Part shown: positions 55,908 to 64,000 of the stretch, one piece after another
Layout: every line of letters begins with the position of its first letter
How positions within the stretch are numbered: position 1 is the stretch's first letter
NCBI GenBank assembly: GCA_951406725.2
Contig: OX597831.1
Span: forward strand, 34,410,001-34,474,000
Direction of reading: 5' to 3'
DNA from: Octopus vulgaris
Lineage: Eukaryota
Length of the DNA: 64,000 nt
Translations under genes and position numbers: made by a program
The notes under the pieces: model-generated
What the model was told of the DNA's origin: nothing
Database searches by the model: none
Seen by the model: only the letters and a program-made list of their open reading frames with translations

Positions 55908-56447
55908 ATGCCCTGATGCAGTACCAGACAGTGGCTCTCATGGCTTCTGATCTTAACTGACTGGAAACGTTATCATGTACATTGTTTTGTCTTGGTATAA
56001 AAGATGGGTTACTGCAAATATTCGGCTCAATATCACAGACTTGCTTGTCAGTTGTTTGACCTGAACCAGTTGAGCATGTCCCTTAGTGGCTGACGATATG
56101 TGCATCTCTGATCACGAGCAGAAGTAGTTGGGCAGCATCATAGCCATGTGTTGAGAGGGATTCTTTGGTATTTGAATAATTCACCTCTGGAAACATAGGT
56201 GTTTCGTTCAACATCCTTAAACAACCCTTTCTGAGCGGGATGGGTTACTCAACCAGAAGAAAATTCTAATTGTGCCCCACCTGCAAGGTCATGTGCTGCT
56301 TATCTTGATATGAGGTCACCATGTCGCGCACATGTGGTTGTGATGCATGTGCCTAGTGTACCTTATCAGACGGGTAGTCATGATGGGTATACTGGGCTTC
56401 GTATATTTTACCCGTGTCACTTTGATGGCATGCACTGCCTCTCACTC
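55908..56447 (+). mobile_element. Unclassified non-coding element between (TAA)n tracts
   Basis: About 540 bp of higher-GC sequence ending ctctcactc(aat)n; single copy in the window, so repeat status is inferred. Confidence 0.45.
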
Positions 56448-56480
56448 AATAATAATAATAATAATAATAATAACAATAAT

Positions 56481-56794
56481 TTATTTTCTTTATGGGCCCT
56501 TTTCTAGCCTAGCCAGGCTCATGGACCCGGTTTCCCGGTTTCTGTGGCGTATGTGTTCCCCCATGCTGGACGGGATGCCTGTCCATCGCAGCGTTACCCA
56601 AGAAACAGGAAGAAAGAATGAGAGAAAGTTGGGGCGAAAGAGTAAAATCGAGGTCGCCACTACAAACCAGCCGGAGATCGTGGAGCTTTATGCATTTTCG
56701 CTCAATAAACACACACAACGTCCGGTCTGGGAATCGAAACTTCAATCCTCCGACCGCGAGTCCGCTGCCCTAACCACTGCGCCATGGCGCCTCC
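56481..56794 (-). mobile_element. SINE family C, different 3' tail
   Basis: Minus strand ggaggcgccatggcgcagtggttagggcagcggactcgcggtc...tttcgattccc; flanked by (TAA)n. Confidence 0.88.
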
Positions 56795-56944
56795 ATAATA
56801 ATAATAATAATAATGATAATAATGAGTAAACTATACACGCATATACACAAAACACAGGTTACTGGACCGAGGTGTATAAATATATGTATGTATGTGTAGA
56901 TAGAGAGATAGATGCATACATACATACATACATACATACATACA

Positions 56945-56976
<32 letters not shown>

Positions 56977-57245
56977 ACCCAGATGCCTGTTGGTCTGGAT
57001 TATCTATGACATACCACCGCCTCCTCGGGTATCTATTAAATAGAACAATGATATACAGGTAGGTGAGTAGATGTCATAATTCTATTGCAGTTGTAGGTGG
57101 CCTTACTCTTCCACCACTCGTTACAGGTTTCACGATTAGTGATAGCATCGTAGTAGGGCGATTGTTCGGGCCACCTGCGAGATTTGAAATTAAAACACAA
57201 AAACCAGCATCACCATATATATATATATATATATATGTATGTATA

Positions 57246-57472
57246 CAGTGTTGGCGAAAAGTCACCTGACAGTAAATCAAAGGCATTTAATTCCAAGATT
57301 TATTTATTTTTAACAATGAATTTGATAAAAGCATCTAAATATGAAACAATGAAAATTGCTCAGACTGAAGTCCTTCATGAGAGACACAGTTTTGCATTTG
57401 AGTCAGTATAGAATTACAGATAGTATTTATAAAATCTTGATTTACTGACAGGTGACTTGTGGCCAAACCCTG
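57246..57472. mobile_element. Tc1/mariner MITE with about 35-bp TIRs and TA target duplication
   Basis: cagtgttggcgaaaagtcacctgacagtaaatcaa / ttgatttactgacaggtgacttgtggccaaaccctg, TA on both sides. Confidence 0.88.
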
Positions 57473-57479
57473 TATATAT

Positions 57480-57581
<102 letters not shown>

Positions 57582-57639
57582 TGTGTGTGTGACCTCGTGA
57601 GCACCGCCAGCAATTTTTTTTCCTCTGTCTTCCCTTCTC

Positions 57640-57868
57640 AAGCGTTGTCAAGCGTTGTTGGGAGGACAAACACAGATACAGAAACATACACACACACACA
57701 TATATATATATATACATATATACGACTGGCTTTTTTCAGCTTCCGTCTACCAAATCCACTCACAAGTGTAGTAGAAGACACTTGCCCAAGGTGCCACGCT
57801 GTGGGACTGAACCCAAAACCATGTGGCTCGTAAGCAAACTACGTAACACACACCCACTCCTACGCCTA
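57640..57868 (-). mobile_element. SINE family A, 5' two-thirds
   Basis: gttgtcaagcg...ttccgtctaccaaatccactcacaag...cccactcctacgcc. Confidence 0.85.
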
Positions 57869-57907
57869 TATATAATAACAATAATAATAATAATAATTAT
57901 TATTATT

Positions 57908-57944
<37 letters not shown>

Positions 57945-58168
57945 TTGTTGTTATATATATATATATAAATTACCACATATGTAGCCAGTTTGCTTTTGAA
58001 ACGCTGAAATGTATTGTAGTACAAGTAGAAAGATATATTTTTCAACAATATATTTTCAGAGCAGAAAAATCTGCCAGCAACCAGATTTTTCTGCTCTGTA
58101 AGGGATATTATCCCATATATACACTGTTCTTTCAGTATTTACGCGTTGAAAAATATACCTTTTTAATT

Positions 58169-58207
<39 letters not shown>

Positions 58208-58209
<2 letters not shown>

Positions 58210-58271
58210 TACAGGGGACACATATAATGTGTATAACTATATATATATATATACTAGAGGGGACACATATA

Positions 58272-58307
<36 letters not shown>

Positions 58308-58331
58308 TACAGGGGACACATATAATGTGTA

Positions 58332-58366
<35 letters not shown>

Positions 58367-58383
58367 TAAAGGGGACACATATA

Positions 58384-58392
<9 letters not shown>
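58208..58392. repeat. Minisatellite, 4 x cta(c/g/a)aggggacacatataat separated by (TA)n
   Basis: Units at about 58209, 58254, 58307 and 58366. Confidence 0.9.
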
Positions 58393-58425
<33 letters not shown>

Positions 58426-58813
58426 CATTTAAAAATATCGAAGATATCATTAAAATAAATGAAAACATTGCGGTAACGAAATGTAAAATAAACACTAATT
58501 TTAAACTATTTAAATACTTGAGGGATTTCTAAATATCCCTGTATATATGTCTGCGTTGGGTTGTTAAATATCCCCGAAAGGAAAAAAAAATCAAAACACA
58601 TATTCTTCCGACGTTTCCAACTGTCATTGCCAACGATACCATAAGACAATCTGTCTATTCACTAGAATGTGCTCACGGCATAGAATGAAACTATATACTG
58701 AATTTGTAAGCATCATTTATCCTTAAGTCGCCTTTCATTCTGATGCTTGATCGTTTACATATAAGTAGTTTTACGACTTAATATTCCATCTAACTGCACC
58801 GACCCGTAATACA

Positions 58814-58845
<32 letters not shown>

Positions 58846-59180
58846 CGGATTTATAGAGATCCAAATATAGATTGTCTGACAATATCACTCTTGTCACACA
58901 TACACGCACATTATTCATTTGTTTGTTGAGTTATGGGTTTGTTTATGAGAAATTTTTGATATCTTTATCCTCCATAACTACTTAGACCCACAGCGCATAA
59001 TCTGCTCCATATAATAGTGAAAACGAATATGTGTGTGTGAGTGTATATATACGCATTTACATACATATACTCATACACGTATATGTATGTATGTACATTT
59101 ATACATGCATGTGTATATATATATATACATATATATATGTATATATATATATTATATACATATATATATGTATATATATA

Positions 59181-59255
<75 letters not shown>

Positions 59256-59415
59256 GTGTATAGGTGTGCGTAACTTTGCATAATATGTGTGGGTAGAGAG
59301 ATAGACAGATAGAAAATTGCTGTATATATGATCTGTGTGTTTGATGGCTTTCGGTCAATATTGGCCCAGGCCATGTCTAACTCAATACATATATGTAGGT
59401 ATGTATGTATGTATG

Positions 59416-59476
<61 letters not shown>

Positions 59477-59578
59477 ATGCATATATATATATATATGCAT
59501 ATGTATATACATATATATACATATATATACATATATAATATGCGTGCATGACTGTGTGCGTGTGTATCAGTGGCTATG

Positions 59579-59639
<61 letters not shown>

Positions 59640-59644
59640 GTATA

Positions 59645-59695
<51 letters not shown>

Positions 59696-60248
59696 GTGGG
59701 GGGGTTGTAGAGAGAGAGGGGTGAAAGTGGGTAAGGAAGGAGGGATGAAAATGTTTTATCTTTTTTTCTTTAAAAAAAAAAGAAATTTGAAAAGTTTGTC
59801 ATCAGCTCATTTCCAAAGGGAGAATATTGATGTTGGTGAAGTGAAATTGTATTGGCTGAGAATCGAAACATTGTTAAGAAGAGAATAAATTTTATGAGAC
59901 ATCACTTCCTACTACATTCAAAGTTATACGGAATATCAAATAGAATACATAATGCTTTCTTTTTCTCTGTATTTTACACCGTACTTGGGATTCTAGACAT
60001 TATCAGAAGATATAAACAGTGACGAGGAATTTGAGAAAAGCATTTTGTCATGTTTAGATAGGATAAATGTATGTTAAATAAAGGTAAGAGTGTGTATTTA
60101 TATGTTTGTGTGCATTCATACATTCACGCATACACATATGAGTATAGTTACGTGTGTTTGTGTATATAAGCATATATATCAACTTATATGTATATTTACA
60201 TTTATGTACATATATATGTATATATATATACACATATATATATATATA

Positions 60249-60308
<60 letters not shown>

Positions 60309-60426
60309 TATGAACTTACATGTATACTTACATATATAGATACAGATATATATATATTTATATATATATGTATATATATATATGTGTATATATACATATA
60401 TATATACATATATATAGATGTGTGTG

Positions 60427-60457
<31 letters not shown>

Positions 60458-60934
60458 ATATATATATATACATGAATAAAACGTACAAATATATGTACAT
60501 ATATAAACGTATATATATATATATATACACATACCTACATATTCGTGGAGCTATAGAGCATTAAATAGATATATACAGAGATGTTTTTTATCGAATTTCA
60601 ATCATAATGCAATGCGCAAGTCAAAACTAGTGTAAAAGATACCTGCTTAAAGTCCGTGCAGTAAGATCTGAAACCGGAAACCTACTCTTGCAAAGCCGTT
60701 TTAATCACGCTAACATGCTAAATGAAATAGATTTCCGGCTACCAAATTCCATTAACAAGGAATAGGGGAACTCGACGCCATAATAAAAGACACCTGCCCA
60801 CTTGAAATCATGTACTCGCAATGCGTACTTCTTGATTACTTTATCATAGTAAAGAAAATGTTTTTTTCTATGTAGTATATTTTCAAATTTTAACTCAGGA
60901 CCAACGGCTTTTGAAGCAGGATACTTACTTCACA

Positions 60935-61033
60935 GGTACTTAATTTATCGACCCCGAAAGGGTGAACGGCAAAGTCGGCCTCGACAAAATGGAAACTCAG
61001 AACTTTGCCTTAATAATAATAATAATAATAATA

Positions 61034-61071
<38 letters not shown>

Positions 61072-61622
61072 AATGATGATAATAAAAATAATAATAATAA
61101 AGGTTTCAAATTCTGCCACAAGGGCAGCAATTTGAGTGGAAAGGATGTGTCGATTACATCGACCCCAATGTTCAACTAGTACCTTATTTATCAACCCCGA
61201 AAGGATGAAAGGCAAAGTTGACCTCAGCGGAAGTTGAACTCAGAACGTAACAGCAGACGAAATACCTATTTCTTTACCACCCACAAGGGGCTAAACACAG
61301 AGAGGACAAACAAGAACAGACAAACGGATTAACTCGATTATATCGACCCCAGTACGTAACTGGTACTTATTTAATCGACCCCGAAAGGATGAAAGGCAAA
61401 GTCGACTTCGGGCGGAATTTGAACTCAGAACATTCAGATAGACGAAATACCGTTATGTATTTCACCCGGCGTGCTAACGACTCTGCCAGCTCGACGCTTT
61501 TATAATAATAATCCTTTACACACAAAGTCGACATCGGCTTAATTTGAACACAAAATGTAAAGACAGACGAAATACCGCTAAATATTTCGCGCGGTGTGTT
61601 ACAGATTCTGCCAACTCGCCTT
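60935..61622 (-). mobile_element. Cluster of SINE family B units
   Basis: Head fragment 61530-61622, full unit 61270-61498 joined at ggtatttcgtc to a headless unit 61100-61266, fragment 60935-61005. Confidence 0.9.
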
Positions 61623-61756
61623 ATTTTTCTATATAGTAAGTTCCACTCTTCTGGCATGTTTGAAATCATTTGCCAAATGTGTGCACACTGGGATCTGAAC
61701 TTTGAACTATGAGGTTGCGTGTTTCTTAAACGTACATGACTGGCAACAGAAATGTC

Positions 61757-62260
61757 TAAACCATACAACCAAGCTAAAAAATAAGTTTCCTCATACTCAA
61801 TATCAATAACAAGACAGATTAATTGAAGGCGAGCGTAGAAGATAAATGTCCAAGTTTCGTGCAGCTGTGTCCATGTGCAGTAAAGTGAACTTATTAAGTA
61901 CACAGCCATGCCTAAGAAAATAAGATTTATGTGTCTAAAATTCCACTTATAGATATAAAATACATGTCCTAGTTTTTGTAGTCTAAATTTTATTAACCAC
62001 GCAACCACACTGATAAATAGATTTCCTTATAATAAATATCAATGACAAGACAGGTTTGAAGCTGGCGTAGAAGACATGTGTCCTTGGTTTGTGCAGGTGT
62101 GTATATATACGAAGTCATATGGCAGTAAAGTGAACTTATTAAGCACACAGCCATGCCTAAGAAAATTTCTTTATGTCTTTCAAATTCCACTCAAAGATAG
62201 AAAATACACGTTCTAGGTTTTGTAGAGTCTGAATTTTATTACCATTACAGTCAAGCTAAA
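61757..62260. repeat. Diverged tandem duplication, about 245-bp unit
   Basis: gcagtaaagtgaacttattaag(t/c)acacagccatgcctaagaaaat at about 61877 and 62122. Confidence 0.88.
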
Positions 62261-62629
62261 ACAATTCGATTATCGTCTTTCAAATTCTATGCAAATTATT
62301 GATCAATTTATGATAGTAAAGAATAGAGGCGCAGTGGGATCGAAACCCAGAATCATATAGGTGTAAAGCAAACTCCTTAATTACGCAGCCATATTTAAAG
62401 AACATACTAGTAACAGAGCATAGACGTCACTTGCAAGCGAGTATGAATTGGTAGTGAGTAACCTTATTTTGTTAGTTGCTGTAGGAGCCACTGTAGTCGC
62501 AATGAAATGTGGACAATATCTCAACCCTCCCACCGTTGAACCAGTTGTACATCGATAATGTGTGAGCAAGAAATTATCAAGTGGTGTGGTGGTGGCAAAA
62601 GTAAGCACAAACACATACAACAGCACAGA

Positions 62630-62687
<58 letters not shown>

Positions 62688-62691
<4 letters not shown>

Positions 62692-62858
62692 ATAGAGGGG
62701 ACGAACAAGGACAGACAAACGGAGAAAGTCGATTACATCGACCCCAGTGCGTAATTTTTTAATCGACCTCGGCGGAATTTGAACTCGGAACGTAACGGCA
62801 GACGAAATACGGCTACGCATTTCGCCCGGCGTGCTAACGTTTCTGCCAGCTCGCCGCC
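62688..62858 (-). mobile_element. SINE family B with internal deletion
   Basis: Head intact; core deleted between two tcgacc direct repeats. Confidence 0.88.
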
Positions 62859-62877
62859 TTTATATATGCATATATGC

Positions 62878-63200
62878 ATTAAGAAACACATACAGGCAGA
62901 CACTTCCGTGAAAAAACACCTACAGAAATTCACAGTGCACATCAAGGCAAAACAGCGGAACAGGAGCCACCTTAGAATCTCAGAGGCGATCCGCATACAC
63001 CAAAAGAAACCCAAGATCAACAACAGAAGAGAGTTACAGGAAGCTAGCTGGTTGCTATAGTAGCCCCTTAACGCGCATGTCCACCCCACACACGCTTACA
63101 CACACGCATATCGGCAACATTCGTCTATTTCTTGAAAATGATGTCATCATCCCGAAATACTGAATACAAGGTAAATCTATATTAATTCACATATATGTTT
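62878..63200 (+). mobile_element. PLE GIY-YIG endonuclease C-terminal fragment and 3' end
   Basis: SVKKHL...HLRISEAIRIHQKKPKINNRRE fits the LxIxEAIxI...PxIN end of PLE endonucleases. Confidence 0.6.
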
Positions 63201-63259
63201 TCTCGTGATTTCCCTTGCATTTATTTCGCCTTGTTTTGGCCTTACCAACGATCCATTAT

Positions 63260-63323
<64 letters not shown>

Positions 63324-63350
63324 CATATATATACATATATATATATATAC

Positions 63351-63398
<48 letters not shown>

Positions 63399-63399
63399 T

Positions 63400-63647
63400 T
63401 TACTCATTTACTTGTTTCAGTCATCTGACTGTGGTCATGCTGGAGCACCGCCTTTAGTCGAGGAAATCGACCCCAGGACTTATTCTTTGTAAGCCTGGTA
63501 CTTATTCTATCGGTCTCTTTTGCCGAACCGCTAAGTTTCGGGGACGTAAACACACCAGCATCGGTTGTCAAGCGATGTTGGGGGGGACAAACACAACACA
63601 CCAACATACACATACCTATATACATATATACGACGGGCTTCTTTCAG

Positions 63648-63648
<1 letters not shown>
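63400..63648 (-). mobile_element. SINE family A, 3' half
   Basis: cttgtttcagtcatctgactgtggtcatgctggagcaccgcc...gacgggcttctttcagtt. Confidence 0.92.
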
Positions 63649-63710
<62 letters not shown>

Positions 63711-63809
63711 TATATATATATATCTATATATCTATATATTGATTCGTTTGGTTTCGTTTCGTTTCTTCTTCTCTAAGCTGGTTTTTATATATAATTATGA
63801 CGCGAAACT

Positions 63810-64000
63810 CTATAACTCCTTCTTCTCTCTTTCTTTCACCCTCTTTTGCTTCCTTCCTCTCTATGTCTCTCTCTCTCTCTCTCTCACTCCTCCTCATCTC
63901 TCTCACAGCCGGGACTACGAACTTCCTTTCGCCGGCGGCCTTATTCAAGTAAACATGTTTCTTCCTGCGCTCGTGAAAAAAAATTTTTCCTCGTCTAGGC
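63810..64000 (+). promoter_or_regulatory. Pyrimidine tract followed by CpG-rich unique sequence (possible promoter or splice acceptor)
   Basis: About 100-nt CT tract ending ctctcacag, then ccgggactacgaacttcctttcgccggcggcc; cut by window edge. Confidence 0.3.

Noticed and set aside
58208-58392. Short repeats with variable spacers (CRISPR-like)
   Set aside because: Spacers are just (TA)n.
61367-62008. Longest ORF in the window (213 aa)
   Set aside because: Chance read-through of a tandem duplication and SINE B copies; no recognisable domain.

Overview
Very AT-rich, microsatellite-saturated eukaryotic DNA with no intact host gene that I can support. The SINE families and (TA)n/(CA)n/(TACA)n/(TAA)n load suggest a cephalopod, probably Octopus (inference). 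The window is a transposon graveyard: about 20 copies of a tRNA/CORE-type SINE (family A), more than 12 units of a Meta-domain-like SINE (family B), two more tRNA-headed SINE types, a decayed Tx1/L1-like LINE ORF2, an ORF1-only zinc-knuckle LINE derivative, two R4/Dong-like restriction-endonuclease LINE families, Penelope-like (PLE) fragments with many hammerhead-ribozyme-like cores and foldbacks, and Tc1/mariner, pogo and hAT remnants. There is one 100-N scaffold gap. Most interesting: (1) SINE B shares its 3' tail with the Tx1-like LINE and both join SINE B at the same internal site (GGTATTTCGTC), suggesting a self-targeting LINE/SINE system that builds tandem arrays; (2) an R4-like family that appears to target (ACAT)n, alongside a (TAA)n-embedded Dong-like element; (3) a structured hammerhead-containing element near 1.2 kb; (4) a possible scrambled GPCR pseudogene overlapping a 167-bp tandem repeat. 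All coordinates were read by eye and are approximate.
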